In this document: positions 49,798 through 64,000 of the stretch, piece by piece
Position numbering within the stretch: the stretch's first letter is position 1
Layout: each line of letters starts with the position of its first letter
Assembly (NCBI GenBank): GCA_033442325.1
Contig: JAWQFM010000023.1
Span: 297,558-361,557 of the forward strand
DNA length: 64,000 nucleotides
Origin: Salpingoeca rosetta
Taxonomy: Eukaryota > Protista > Choanoflagellata
Direction: 5' to 3'
Made by a program: the position numbers and the translations under genes
The notes under the pieces: generated by a model
What the model saw: only the letters and a program-made list of their open reading frames with translations
Database searches by the model: none
What the model was told of the DNA's origin: nothing

Positions 49798-50539
49798 TCA
49801 GTGCGCATCAGCGTCGTCGGGCTGCGGCTTTGGGGTGATGCTGAACACCTTGATGCCAAAGCTCTGGCTGATGTCGAGGCAAATCTGGATGCCGTAAATC
49901 CCTGATATGGGTGGTGATGGTGTTTGTAGTTGTTGTGGAGTGGCGACGGTTGTTGTAGTTGTAGTAGTGTGTGTTGTGTGTGCGTGTGTTGTGTGTTGTG
50001 TGTGCGTGTGTTGTGTGTTGTGTGTGCGTGTGTTGTGTGTGTGTGTGTCAACACGCCACTGGTGAGTGCACACGCGAAGAGGAAAAATGTGGTGCAAACC
50101 CACCACCACCACAACCACCACCAGTGCAACCACTACTGCCTCCATCTCACACACAATGCCAGCACGCAAGCCGGCAGCCGCCTTCCACCAATCACGCGCG
50201 CAAGACCCCCACACGTACAGAGGTCGATGAACCAGAAGATGCAGGCAGCCAGGAGGAACGTGTGGCCGTCCATGAAGAACGTGCCGCCAGCGCTGATGTA
50301 CGACAGGAGCGGCACCGCGTGCGAAATGTCAAACTGCGGAACGGGCGACTGGTGGTGGTATTGTTGTGTGGTGTTGTGTGGTGTTGTGTGGGCACGTGTG
50401 CGTGCGATGACCGGTGAGCATGTGTACTGATGAATGGAAAATCAACACTCATGCATCAATATCAACAGAATACATCTCTTCACTCAACACACACGCACAC
50501 ACACACTCGCACACAGAGAGCCACGTAAAACAAGCACTG

Positions 50540-50612
<73 letters not shown>

Positions 50613-51966
50613 TGCACCTTTGTCATGTGAGCGACGATGAGCTGGCACGTGATTTTGGCGGATGCGCAGCCCGCGCCGAGGATGAAGATGGCCGGCAGCT
50701 GACGGTGTTGTCATCGTGGTGGTGGTGGTGGTAGTGGTGGAGGTGTTGTCATCGTGGTGTTGTCATCGTGGTGGTGGTAGTGGTAGTGGTGGAGGTGTTG
50801 TCATCGTGGTGGTGGTAGTGGTGGTGGTGGTGGTAGTGGTGATGACGGTGGTGTTAGTGTGAAGAATTGTTGCAAGATGTACCACGAATACAGGCATACC
50901 ACAAACAAACAAACCAAACGAACCAAACAACCGAACGAACGAACAAACACATAAACAAACGCGCGCACACAACAAACCAAAGCGCACACAACAAACAAAG
51001 CACACACACGCAAACAAAGCACACACAGACGCATACGCACACACGCACATCGCTTGCGGCTTCGAGGCTGTGCATGTGCCAGACGCCAAGGCACCACGCA
51101 ACGAGAGCGGTCATGGGCGACAGGATGCCGGTTGCCGCCGCTGATGTGTTCGCAGGGCCTGCACACGTCGCGCGCGCGAGTGTGTATGCGTGTGTGTATG
51201 TGTGTGTGTATGTGTGTGAGTGTGAGTGACTGAGTATGTTTGTTGTGCTGACAATGAACCGTTAGTACGTACACGCGGTGGTGTGTGGTGCAGTTGGGTG
51301 TGCTAGAGGGATGTATAACTTCAGATACAACATGGAAACTTGCACGAGTGCAATCGATAAGCCTCAATGGAGCGAGACAGAGGTTCACGCATGGTGTTCC
51401 GAAGAGGGCGCGGTTGGCTGTGATGTGCAGTGTCACCTGATCCGCCTTCCCAGATGGAGTTGTAGTAGGACGCCATGGTGAACGCAGCAACAGCCAGCCT
51501 GCAGAGGCGGAGAGTTGGGGCGAGTTGGGTAGAGAGGGTTGTCGTGAGGTGACAAGGTGGAACCAACACGAAGGAAAGCAGCGCCATGTCTTGGAAATCC
51601 ACACAGACACACACACAGGGAACAGCAAAACAAACCAAGCAAACAATAAAGGCACAGACACACATACACATGCACACGCACACACATGCACACGCACACA
51701 CACACGGACACACACACACACACACACGGGCACACACATGCACACGCACGGGCACACACACACGAACACACACACACATGCACACATGCACACACACATG
51801 CACACGCACGGGCACGCAGAGACAGCGCGACTCACGTTGGGACGAGGACAAACTGGCGAGCGGGAAAACCAAAGACTTCAGCGCCCCAGATGCCCTCGCC
51901 AAAGATGGCGGTGAGCAGGTGCACCATGATGATCGTCCACTGGGCCTCAGTCACATCAACCCTGCG

Positions 51967-52046
<80 letters not shown>

Positions 52047-53403
52047 GGATGAGGGGCGATAGCGGCACGACAAACGTTGAACAAGGTCGTCCACCCATTG
52101 CAAAGACACAATACACCTCACCACATCATGACACACGACAACACAACTCCACTACAAACATTCCTCCTCCGCCCCTTTCGTGAGCGTACGTGTTGAAGTG
52201 AACGCGGCCCTTGACGTAGCATTCCCAGTGGGCAAAGTAGAACAGGCAGATGGCTTGCGCAGCCGTCAGGAATCCAAGCAGCGAGCTGCCAACCTGATTG
52301 TTTGTTGTTGTTGTTGTTTAAGTTGTTGTTGTTTCAGTCGTTGTTGTTGTTGTTTAAGTTGTTGTTGTTTCAGTCGTTGTTGTGGTTGTTGTTGTTTCAG
52401 TCGTTGTTGTGGTTGTTGTTGTTGTTTAAGTTGTTGTTGTTGTTGTTGTTTAAGTTGTTGTTGTTGTTGTGAGAACAGAGGCAAGGAGCTTTGGATGCAA
52501 CGTGTGCTGCAGGGAATACGAGGAAGTGGGCCGCAATCAGACAAACCTACACAACACACAACACGCAGCAGCATACAGCAGCACAACACAGTCTCAAAAG
52601 CAGTCACCTGAAGGGCGGTGAGGACGCCGACGACGACAACAGAGGTGGAGACAGAGTCGCAGCCGTGATCAAACAGCTCACCGAGCGGCGTGGCGCTCCC
52701 TGATGGAAACGGTGGTGTGGTGACATGGGCAGCGACCGTGTGTGTGTGAGAGAGAGGGGGGTATGCGCACACGGCACTTTGTGGTTGAAGGAACAGCAGG
52801 CATTCAATCCAACGCTTGACGACATCGCGCCTGGTGACAGCCACATTCATGGACACACACACACACACATACGCACCAGTGCGGCGGGCCTGCTTGCCGT
52901 CAATGTTGTCCAGAGACTGATAGAAGAAGATGCCGAGCGCACACAACACGTACACCCACGATGGCACCTGCAACGGCAATAGAGGCTCAATTAATGAGTT
53001 GATTGAAGACCAAACGCCTCGTGGCAGTGCAACACACCTTTAAGTCGTCCAGGTCACGTACTCACACACCCACATACACACACGCACACGCAACTGCACA
53101 TGCACACACGTACGCACACGCAACCGCACACGCAAACGCAACACACCTGCACGCCTTCTTCCATGCTCGGGTTGTAGAAGACGACGAGCGCCGTGGTGAT
53201 GACGTTGACCATGAGACCCACCCAGGTGAGCAGGTTTGGGGCAACCCACATGGGCACTTGCTCAACAAGCCATTTCCAGAACACCTGTTGAGCAGCAGCG
53301 TGGGCCGTGAGTGGAGTTAGAGGGGCATCCCACTTGTTTTCGCTCGCGTGTGCACGTTGAACATCCAAGTGCAACAAACCAACCAACCACCAAACAAGTT
53401 GAA

Positions 53404-53472
<69 letters not shown>

Positions 53473-53677
53473 GACGTTCATGTAAGGGTCGAGAATGGAC
53501 TGGCCCTTGCTCTTGTACTGGTGCTTCTTGAGGCTGCTCACAGCAAGTCAGAAGGAAGGCAGTTGTCCAGTGAGTTGAGCAACAGGTGCATACGCACGTG
53601 GACATGAATGAGACAGTAGGAAGCACAAGCTAGACGGGAGCTTGCATATACACTAATGGCAATCCACCTGCCACTCA

Positions 53678-53752
<75 letters not shown>

Positions 53753-53817
53753 CCGCACCGGTCGATCTGCGACTCGAGCAGAATCCGACGCTTCGTATCC
53801 ACAGCACGGCGCGTCAT
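49798..53817 (-). CDS. CEPT1: Choline/ethanolamine phosphotransferase (CDP-alcohol phosphatidyltransferase), multi-exon
   Basis: [18 protein letters not shown]; [10 protein letters not shown]; catalytic motif [14 protein letters not shown]|[16 protein letters not shown]; FYFAHWE; DVTEAQ; LIVAHMTK; C-terminus [20 protein letters not shown]1 versus CHPT1 cannot be resolved. Confidence 0.9.
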
Positions 53818-54697
53818 GTTGGGACACAAACCCGTACAGAGAGAGAAGAAGGAGGGGGCAAGGAGGGTCAAGGGAACAAAGATGGATGGATGGAAGGCCA
53901 CATACAAAGCACCACCACACACAACAGTCAATGAACGCTGCCACTGACGCTGTCTCACTGCCCTCGCCGCGATTTGCGAATTGCACCACGTTGCAAGTTG
54001 TTGCACTGGTGACAGACTATTAAAAGTACAACCGTGCTACACATATGCCTTGACAACCCACTCAAATCGCACTGGCCAGCAACACACACACACACACGCC
54101 GGAAAAAAAAATAAAATTGTGCACTCGCGCTGTGGCTGGCAACGGCAGTTTTCCCCTCACACACGACGCACCACGACCACATACACACAAAGGTGGACGC
54201 TGAGTTGAGAGAGCTGATGAAGACAAGAGAACACACACACCCGACTACCCTTTGCCCGTGTTCTCCTCTCCCGCCATCTCGCTTTCTCTCATATCTAGTG
54301 ATTTGATCGCCGATCAATCTCTCCCCCTCTCTCTTTCGTTTTGGTTTGGGATTTGAGTTTGCCGTTCTCCTTGTGTTCGGTCTTGAGTGAGTCTGTGTTT
54401 TGACTTGACTCGCTCCCAGCAAGGAAAGGCCCTCTTCATCACCAACCAACCACACCCCCCCCCACCAGCACAACTGAAGCACCTGAAGCTATTATTGATA
54501 CCCACCGACGTTGAACGCGTGAACCACCGACACGCTCACACGTGCACGCACACATCTCCACGACACACCTGCCGCTTCAGCAGTAACCACAGCCACAACA
54601 GCCCACTGTCAAGCCAAGGCGACACAGTGCGCACGCACTCGCTGCCAAACGCTACCACACACATATTCACACACTCTCTCTCTAATCACCCGCAGTA

Positions 54698-54874
54698 ATG
54701 GGCGATGAGGAGTGGAAGGACCCCCGGGCCGACTTCATGGCCCACTGGGTCCTGGACACCACTAAGCAGAAGATGGACAAATGGCAAAAGATGATTGCCG
54801 TTGAGGAATACAAGTCAGTTCTCCTGTCGTGCATGTGTCTGTTGTTGTTGTTGTTGTTTAAGTTGTTGTTTAAG

Positions 54875-54905
<31 letters not shown>

Positions 54906-57900
54906 CGTTGTCGTTGTTGTTGTTGTTGTTGTTGTTGTTGTCGTTGTCGTTGTTGTCGTTGTCGTTGTTGTGGGGTTGTGGGGTTGCATTGCTTGAGCGG
55001 TGATGGCGTTCGTAATCTTTCTCCCGATGCAGCATCTCTTTCCTGCGTAACCTACGTCTTCTTCCTTCTTTCCACACCAAACACACAACTTGACACAATC
55101 GCTCACAAACAAACAAACAAACAAACAAACAAACAAACAAACAAACAAACAAACAAACAAACAAACAAACAAACAAACAAACAAACACACGCTCATCCAC
55201 ACGCACACACCACACTCATCCCTACACCCTCACCCCCTTCTCCTCCGCACTTCCTGTTCCCTGTGCAGACAAGCGCTGTTGGACTTCTTTGACCAGAGGG
55301 ACCAGCGCTTGATTGTGTTCTTGTTGGATGCAAAGGGCGTGTTTCAGCCCTTGTTTGAGTTTCCATCCAAGGTCAAGGCGAAAGGCGCCTTCTTCATCAA
55401 GCAAGGCGCTGACACAATCACAAAGGACAACTACAAGGTGAGACACCGCCGGCTCACGTGCGCGTGCATGTGCATGCGAACCGTGCACACGTACACACGT
55501 TCCCGTGTGTATGCGCGCGTGTGTGTTTGTGCCGCATAGAATGCCAACAGCGAACGCACACACACACACACACAGACACACAGACACACAGACACACACA
55601 CATGTCTCACCGTTTATCCCCGCGTATGCCACTCACATACATCCATCCCGCTCGACCACACCCCACCCTTAATCAACTCGCCGCCCCCACCCCCACCCTC
55701 AACTACACGACAACAGTCGCTGTACTGCGGTGATTTGTCCACGTCGCCTGTTGACCAGGTCAAGTCGCTTGTGGAGGGCGTGCTCATGCCCATCCTGCGC
55801 AACACAGACAACAACGCCGCGTGGCCCGCCGTTGTCACCACAGACGTCTCCACGCAGGCGCAGGCGCTCAACAGCACGACGGAGGTGCTGTGCGGGCGCA
55901 TGAAGGGCCAGATGCCGCTGCCCATGCCCGCCGGCGCAGAGGTCCTCGACGAGGACGATGCGGCAGCAGCACAGACGCAAGCCGGCGCCGCTGGCGACGA
56001 CGAACAGCAGCAGCAGGAGGAGGAGGAGGACGCAGGCGAGGAGGAGCCAGAGAAGGAAGGAGCCAAGAAGGCGCACACTGACGAGCAGGTTATTGCGGAG
56101 CTTGCGCGGGACAAGAGCATGGTGCACGCGATTGAGTCTGGCGTGATTGAGTGGACGCGGCAGATTCGCGAGGTGCTCAAGCGCGACTCTGCGCAGCTGC
56201 TCATGGACGGGCAGCACCCGACAGCACTTGTTGAGCTTGACTTTTGGGCGGCAAAGTGCAAGTCGCTGCAGAGCCTGCATAGCCAGCTCACCAGCGCGCG
56301 CATGAAGAAGATGCAGGCCGTGCTCGACCACGAGCAGAGCTCCTACGCGGCGGCGCTGCGCACGCTGCAGGAGGACGTGCACAGCGCGCTTGAGGAAGCA
56401 ACAGACATCAGCGCGCACCTCGAGCCCTTGCGCCGCTACCTGGAGAGCATCGAGGAGACACCCTTTGAGGACATGGAGAAGCTGCTGACGTCGGCATTTC
56501 ACACGGTCGAGCTCGTCTGGCGCCACGCCAAGCACTACGCAACGCCGCGCCACATTGTCGTGCTGCTGCGCGAGATGATGAACCAAATTATCGTCGCCGT
56601 GCACAACACGCTTGAGCCGCGCAGCGTGTTCTCGCTGGAGGTGGACGAGGGCATTGTCAAGCCACAGCACGCCCTCAAGCTCATTGCTCTCACAGAGCGG
56701 CTGCTCGCGGACACGCGCGCCAGCATCAACACAGCGGCCGATCAGGGCGAGTGCCCACCGTGGAAGTTTGAGACACGCCTGGTGCTTGCGCGCCTGGACG
56801 AGTTTAAGCACCGCGTCACCATGATCCTGGAGCTCTTTGAGCACGCCCTCGACTTTTTCAAGCTGGAGAAGGTCGAAGTCAGCAGCGAGAAGGTGTGCTT
56901 AACATGTCCTTTGTTTGTTTTGCTTTGCTTTGTTTTGCTTTGCTTTGCTTTGTTTTGTTTTGCTTTGCTTTGTTTTGCTTTGTTTCGTTTCGTTTGTCTA
57001 TCTGCCTGCCTGCCTGCCTGTCCGCTCAGTTACACATCGCAGAACTCCTAATTTCATACACACTCATACACACGCACACACTCTCACTCTCCCACACATC
57101 GTTCGCTTTCTTTGCCTTCCTTTCTCCACGCCGCCCCCACCCCCTCCCCCCAATGCAGCTGAACCGCCAGCTGAAGCAGATGTACGACACGATTGTTGCG
57201 CGGTGGGAGCACCTTGGCAAGGTCACTGGCGACGAAGGCTTTGACTGCCTCGACCCTGTCGTGCCTGACTTTGAAGAGGAGTACAAGAGCTTCATGGAGC
57301 TTCGCGCGGATTTCGACTACCGCATCGGCGCCATTGCCCTGCAGAGCTTTGAGCAGTGCGTGGGCCTGGAGGGCGCCTTCAAGCTCATCCACGGCTTTAT
57401 GGGCCTGCTCGACCGCGCTGACGTCATTGACGACGTGGGCCCGCAGTACCCGCGGCTGCTCACCATGTACGAGGAGGACCTCGACACAGTCAAGTCCCTC
57501 TTTGACGACCTGCAGCAGCAGCCCCTGCTGGCCAAGAACATGCCAGACACAGCCGGCCGCCTGCGCGTGCTTGCCGAGTTCCGCCAGCGCACGCAGCGCC
57601 CGCGCGACCAGTTTGTGGCCATGAACCACCCGCTGTTCCAGACGGCCGAGTCTGAGCGCATCTTTGCCAAGCACGACGAGCTGCTTGCTCTCTTCAAGCA
57701 GCACGAGGCAAAGGTCTTTGAGGAGTGGGCGTCGTCCGTTGGTGAGCGTAGCGAGCACAACCTCGCCCTGCCGCTCCTCGTGCGCGACCCAGACACCTTC
57801 CTCATCCACGTCAACTTTGACCCGCAGCTGGTGGCCGTGCTGCGCGAGGTGAAGTACCTGCAGACGCTGCACAACGCCGCCGTGGTCTCCACCCGGCCCA

Positions 57901-60900
57901 ACACCGCCGCCCGCAAGCCCTCCACCGCGCCCGGCACCAAGCGCGCATCCCAGCAGCAGCAGCAGCAGCAGGAGCAGCAGCAGCAGGAGCAGGACAAGGA
58001 CAAGGAGGCGGCCACGGAGAACGGGGGCGCCGCGGGCCCGATGAAGCTCAAGGCCGGCAATCACGACATCCCCGACAGCGCAACAGCCATCTTCGCGCGC
58101 AACGAGCAGTTCCACGAGGTGCTTGGCAACCTCAACATTGCCGTCACAGAGTACAACCGCATCCAGGAGCACCTGCTTGACGTGGAGGCGCCGCTGGTGG
58201 AGCAGGAGTTGGCGGCCATCGACGCGCACCTTGAACGCGGCATCAACGAGCTCAACTGGAACTCGTCCGAGACAGAGGCATACTGCCTGCAGATGAAGGA
58301 GGTGATTGAGGACCTGAGCGACCGCCTGTCCAGCTCCAAGACCAACGTCGAGGTGATGACAAAGGACATGGCGGAGTGGTACGTCGACCCGCTCTTCGTC
58401 CGCGACCACAAGTCCGGCCTGTTGCAGATTCAGGACCGCACCAAGCTCATGGCGCCACACAAGGACAAGATCCGCAAGACGGGCCTCAAGTTTATCCGCT
58501 TGCTTGAGGAGAACAGGCAGCTCTTTGGCGTGGAGCACAGCGACCCCAACTGGCAGGCGTACGTCGACTTTGTTGACCAGCTTGTCCTCAACGGCCTCTA
58601 CAACGTCGTGCACGTGTCCATGGCCTACCTGCTTGATCGCATGGAGGGTAAGGAAACCGCCGCCGCCAACGCCGCTGCGGCGGATGGCGACGTTGACACG
58701 ACCGCTGCTGCTGCCGCCACCGCTGCTGGTGCTGCCCGCCATGGCGCTGGCGCTGGCACACACGCGCACGGCGGCGAGAAGCACCGCCCGCTGCAGGACG
58801 GCAAGATGTCGCTCATTGCGCCCGAAATCTGCTTTGAGCCCGGCATCAACGACACCGACCCGCAGCCGTCGCTCCTGGAGCAGAACTTGCAGGTTGTGTC
58901 CGACTTTCTGGACGTGGGCTCGCTGTTCCCGCGGCTGTCGCAGCACGCGGGCGGGCGGTCGTACCGGGAGGAACTGGCGGACATGGAGGAGCTCATGGAC
59001 CTGCAGGACGAGCTGGAGAGCAAGGTCAACGCCGCCGTCGACGCTGCCCTGGAGCTGGAGCAGACGCTGCGCAACAAGTACGAGCACCTGTGGCGCGACG
59101 ACATGGACGACTTCTTGGAGCAGTTCCTCAAGTACGGGCACGTGCTGACGCAAGAGGAGATTGAGGCCGCTGCGGAGGAGGGCGGGCAGGTGGAGGAGAA
59201 CCCGCCCACGCTGGAGCAGTTCCAGGAGAACATTGACAAGTACAACGCCGTTGCCGAGGAGGTGAAGGCCCTGGACGACTCGAGCGTGTTTGACGGCTGG
59301 CTGGTGATTGACAGCCGAAGCTTCAAGTACGAGCTGTACAACATCATCAAGAAGTGGAGCTTCCTGTTCCTCAACCACCTGCAGACACACGTCACCTCCA
59401 GCCTCAACGACCTGCAGACGTTTATCGAGTCGGCCAAGGTTGGCCTGACCAAGGAGGTGCCCGAGGGCGACTACGACGCGCTGGTCGGCGTGATGGGCTA
59501 CCTCAACGCCCTCACCTCCCGCGCGGAGGCCACCGACGCCATGTTCGGCCCGCTCGGCGACACGGTGAAGCTGCTCAACACGTACGAGGTGGAGGTCGGC
59601 CCCGAGGTGCTGACGCAGCTGGACAAGCTGCCGGAGCGCTGGACCGACTGCAAGAAGCTCGCCAACCAGGTGAGCAACGACGTCGCGCCGCTGCAGGCCG
59701 ACGAGGTGGCCAAGCTCAAGCGCAAGGCCAACCAGTTTGACGTGCGCAACTTTGAGTTCCGCGAGGACTTTGTCAAGCGGGCACCCACGCGGTACGACGC
59801 GCAGCGGGTGTACCAGCAGATTGACAACCACTACCGCGAGTACCTGGAGATGGACGCGGAGATGTCCAAGCTGGCCGAGTCCGCCACCCTCTTCAACGTC
59901 AAGCTGCCGGAGTACAAGCAGCTGCGCGCGTGCAAGCGCGAGCTCATCATGCTCAAGAACCTGTGGGACATGGTTTTCGTCGTGCGCTCCGAGTTTGCGG
60001 CGTGGAAGACGACAAAGTGGAAGGAGGTGAACGTGGAGAACATGGAGATGGAGTGCAAGCGCTTTGTCAAGGAGATTCGCAAGTTGGACAAGGAGTCCCG
60101 CGCGTGGGAGGCGTTCAACGGCGTGGACAACGAGGTGAAAAACATGATCACGTCGCTGGGCGCCGTCGGCCTGCTGCAGAGCCCCTCCATCCGCGACCGC
60201 CACTGGCAGCAGCTCATGCAGGCGACGGGCGTGAAGATTGTCATGACCGAGGACACGCGGCTGGCCGACCTGCTCGCGCTCAACCTGCACAACTTCGAGG
60301 ACGACGTGGCCACGATTGTGGACCGCGCCAACAAGGAGCAGGGCATGGAGAAGACGCTGCGGGAGCTGGACGCGACGTGGAGCGCGCTCGAGTTTGAGTA
60401 CGACACGCACAAGTCCACGGGCACGCCACTGCTGAAGACGTCTGAGGAGCTGATTGAGACGCTGGAGGACAACCAGGTGCAGATCCAGAACCTCATGACG
60501 TCCAAGTACATTGCGTACTTCCTGGAAGACGTCTCTGGCTGGCAGAAGAAGCTGTCCACGGCAGACTCTGTGATTGAGATTTACACGGAGGTGCAGCGCA
60601 CGTGGTCGCACCTCGAGTCCATCTTCATTGGCTCCGAGGACATTCGGCAGCAGCTTCCGGAGGACAGCAAGCGCTTTGACACCATTGACGTCGACTTCAA
60701 GGAGGTGGCGCACGACGCCGCCAAGACGCCCAACGTGATTGAGGCCACGAACAAGGCCGGCCTGTACGAGAAGCTGGAGAACATCCAGTCGCGCCTGGGC
60801 CTGTGCGAGAAGTCGCTGCAGGAGTACCTGGAGACGAAGCGGCTGGCGTTCCCGCGCTTCTACTTCGTGTCCGGCGCGGACTTGCTGGACATTCTGTCCA

Positions 60901-61849
60901 ACGGCAACAACCCGCCCAAGGTTGCCAAGCAGCTTGCCAAGCTGTTCACGGCCATGGGCGGCCTGAAGCAGCCGGACGACGACCCCAACACCGCGCTCGG
61001 CATGTACGCCACGGACGGCGAGTACGTGGAGTTTACGCGCGAGTGTGTGCTGCAGGGCCGCGTGGAGGACTGGCTGAACCACCTCCTGGACGTGCACCGC
61101 GACACGCTGCGCGACATTCTGGCCGAGGCCGTCGTTGGCTACGAGGAGAAGCCGCGGCGCGAGTGGGTGTTTGATTACCCAGCGCAGATCTCGCTCACGG
61201 GCACGCAGATTTGGTGGGCCACAGAGGTGACCATTGCCTTCTCACGCCTGGAGGAGGGCTTTGAGACGGCGATGAAGGAGTACAACAAGAAGCAGGTGTC
61301 GCTGCTCAACGACCTCATCCGCCTGCTGCAGGGCAAGCTGAGCAAGGCGCACCGCCGCATGCTGCAGACCATCTGTACCATTGACGTGCATTGCCGTGAC
61401 GTCGTCATCCACCTCATCAACGTCAAGGCGGAGTCTGCCGAGGCGTTTGACTGGCAGTGCCAGCTGCGCCACATCTGGGACGAGCAAGCCAAATTGTGCC
61501 GCGTGCACATTTGCGATGCCCGCTTCAACTACGCCTACGAGTACCTGGGCAACGTGCCGCGGCTGGTGGTCACGCCGCTCACGGATCGCTGCTACATCAC
61601 CCTCACGCAGTCCCTGCATCTCATCATGTCCGGCGCCCCTGCTGGCCCCGCCGGTACGGGCAAGACAGAGACCACCAAGGATCTTTCCAGGTGTATCAGT
61701 CTTCCCATCTACGTGGTTAGTTACCAACAGACATGTGTGCGTGTGCATGTATTTGGGTGGTAGAGAGTCGGTTTTGCTCGTTTGTATGCGCGTATGCATT
61801 GGTATATGTGTGTTGGTGGTACAGAGTCGGTTGTTTGGTTTGTTCTTGT

Positions 61850-61928
<79 letters not shown>

Positions 61929-64000
61929 TTCTGTCGTCGGTCGTGATTTGGTGTTGGTCTGCTGTGATTGGTTTGCGGTGATCTCATACATAACCTCACC
62001 CTGTGACATTATATATTCTTGCACGCCCTTAACTTCCTCCGCCTCACCCTCTTTCCCTTCCCATCACCATCCCCCCCCCAACACACCAAACAGTTCAACT
62101 GCAGTGAGCAGATGGACTACAAGTCTGTTGGCAACATCTACAAGGGCCTGGCGCAGTCTGGCGCGTGGGGCTGCTTCGACGAGTTCAACCGCATCTCCGT
62201 CGAGGTGCTCTCTGTCGTCGCCGTGCAGGTGAAGACCATCCAGGACGCCATCCGCGCCAAGAAGCAGCGCTTCAACTTCCTGGGCGAGGTGATCTCCCTC
62301 ACCCCGTCTGTGGGCATCTTCATCACCATGAACCCCGGCTACGCCGGCCGCACCGAGCTGCCGGAGAACATCAAGGCGCTCTTCCGCCCCTGTGCCATGG
62401 TCGTGCCCGACTACGGCATGATCTGCGAGATTATGCTCGTGTCCGAAGGTTTCCTCGACGCCAAGCTGCTTGCGCGCAAGTTCATCACGCTCTACACGCT
62501 CAACCGCGATCTCCTCTCCAAGCAGGACCACTACGATTGGGGCCTGCGCGCCATCAAGTCTGTGCTCGTCGTTGCGGGCGCTCTGAAGCGGGCGGACCCG
62601 GACCGCTCCGAGGAGGAGGTGCTCATGCGCGCCCTCCGCGACTTCAACATCCCCAAGATTGTCAACGAGGATCTGCCCGTGTTTATGGGCCTCATTGGCG
62701 ACCTGTTCCCCGGCCTGGACGTCCCGCGCAAGCGTGACATGGACTTTGAGAAGACGGTGCGCGAAGCTGTGCTGTCCCTCGGCTACCAGGCGGAGGACAG
62801 CTTCCTGCTCAAGATTGTGCAGCTGCAGGAGCTGCTTGACGTGCGCCACTCTGTGTTTGTGCTCGGCCCCGCCGCCACGGGCAAGACGGGCGTCCTGCGC
62901 TCCCTCAACAAGACGTACCAGCTGCAAGGGCGCAAGCCCATCTGGGCCGACCTCAACCCAAAGGCGGTCACCAATCACGAGCTGTACGGCTACATCAACC
63001 TGGCCACGCGCGAGTGGGTGGACGGGCTCTTCTCGCACATCATGCGCGACATTGCCAACTCCCCCGGCGACAGCCCCAAGTGGATGGTGCTGGACGGTGA
63101 CATTGACACCATGTGGATCGAGTCCCTCAACACGGTCATGGACGACAACAAGGTGCTCACGCTCGCCTCCAACGAGCGCATTGCCCTGCAGCCGTCCATG
63201 CGCCTCCTGTTTGAGATTGCCAACCTCACCTACGCCAGCCCCGCCACCGTGTCGCGCGCGGGCATCCTCTTCGTCAACCCAACCGATCTCGGCTGGAACC
63301 CGTTTGTTGCGTCGTGGATTGAGACGCTGGAGAGCCCCGGGCAGCGCACCAACCTCATGATCCTCTTTGAGAAGTACGTGCCGCCGTGCCTCGACGCGCT
63401 GCGCACGCGCTTCAAGACCATCACCCCGATGACCGAGTGGTCCATGGTCAACACGTTGTGCCACCTGCTCGAGCTGCTGCTCACCCCGGAGCACACGCCC
63501 GAGGGCTGCCCCAAGGAGGACTACGAACTCTTCTTCGCCTGGGCGGCCGTGTGGGCCTTTGGCGGCCAGCTCTTCAAGGACCAGCTGGTCGACTGGCGCG
63601 AGGAGTTTAGCAAGTGGTGGGTCACCGAGTTCAAGACGGTCAAGTTCCCCAGCAGCGGCACGGTCTTTGACTACTACATCAACAAGGACAAGAAGTTCTG
63701 CCCCTGGTCCGAGCTCGTGCAGCCAATGGAGTACGACCCGGAGGTGCCCATGTCCTCTGCGCTCGTGCCTACCACGGAGACGGTGCGCGTGCGCTACTGG
63801 ATGGACCTGCTCGTGGACGCGGGCCAGCCCGTGCTGCTGGTGGGCTCGCCAGGTACCGGCAAGACGGCCACCATCCTCGACAAGCTGCGCTCGCTCAACA
63901 GCGACGAGTGGATCTACTCCATCACGTCGTTCAACCACTACACGACGCACCACACCATCCAGGGCGTGCTGGAGGAGCCCCTGGAGAAGAAGGCCGGCAA
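54698..64000 (+). CDS. Axonemal outer-arm dynein heavy chain, beta type (DNAH9/11/17 clade), 3'-partial; exons 54698-54813, 55269-55437, 55717-56892, 57159-61715, 62094->64000
   Basis: N-terminus [17 protein letters not shown] resembles beta-type ciliary dyneins. Linker [12 protein letters not shown]; AAA1 [38 protein letters not shown]; AAA2 GPAATGKT; AAA3 GSPGTGKT. Confidence 0.95.

Noticed and set aside
57084-63953. Long antisense ORFs (1337 aa and 629 aa) opposite the dynein
   Set aside because: Shadow frames produced by strong C/G third-position bias; no recognisable protein.

Overview
Eukaryotic, intron-rich, GC3-biased DNA with (CA)n/(GT)n-filled GT-AG introns, poly-Q coding tracts and two 100-N gaps. 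The style fits a choanoflagellate such as Salpingoeca rosetta (inference, not verified). I can reconstruct about 11 genes: the 3' exon of a tail-anchored protein; MGAT2 (GT16); an inversin-like ankyrin-IQ protein; a convergent PDZ-DUF4062-NACHT-TPR (NPHP3/TTC41-like) protein; an intronless secreted protein with a cubilin-N-terminus-like motif; a 16-exon amnionless-like receptor head-to-head with it; a very large low-complexity MYSM1/MPND-type JAMM protein; a TSR/Sushi membrane protein head-to-head with an intronless HAP2/GCS1 gamete fusogen; CEPT1/CHPT1; and an outer-arm beta-type dynein heavy chain running off the end. The best candidate for an undescribed system is the divergent pair at 20.9-28.8 kb, which looks like a unicellular, modular CUBAM-type (cubilin-amnionless) receptor. 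Next are the HAP2 plus TSR-adhesin pair and the adjacent inversin plus NPHP3-like pair. All family assignments come from motifs recognised by eye; no database search was run.
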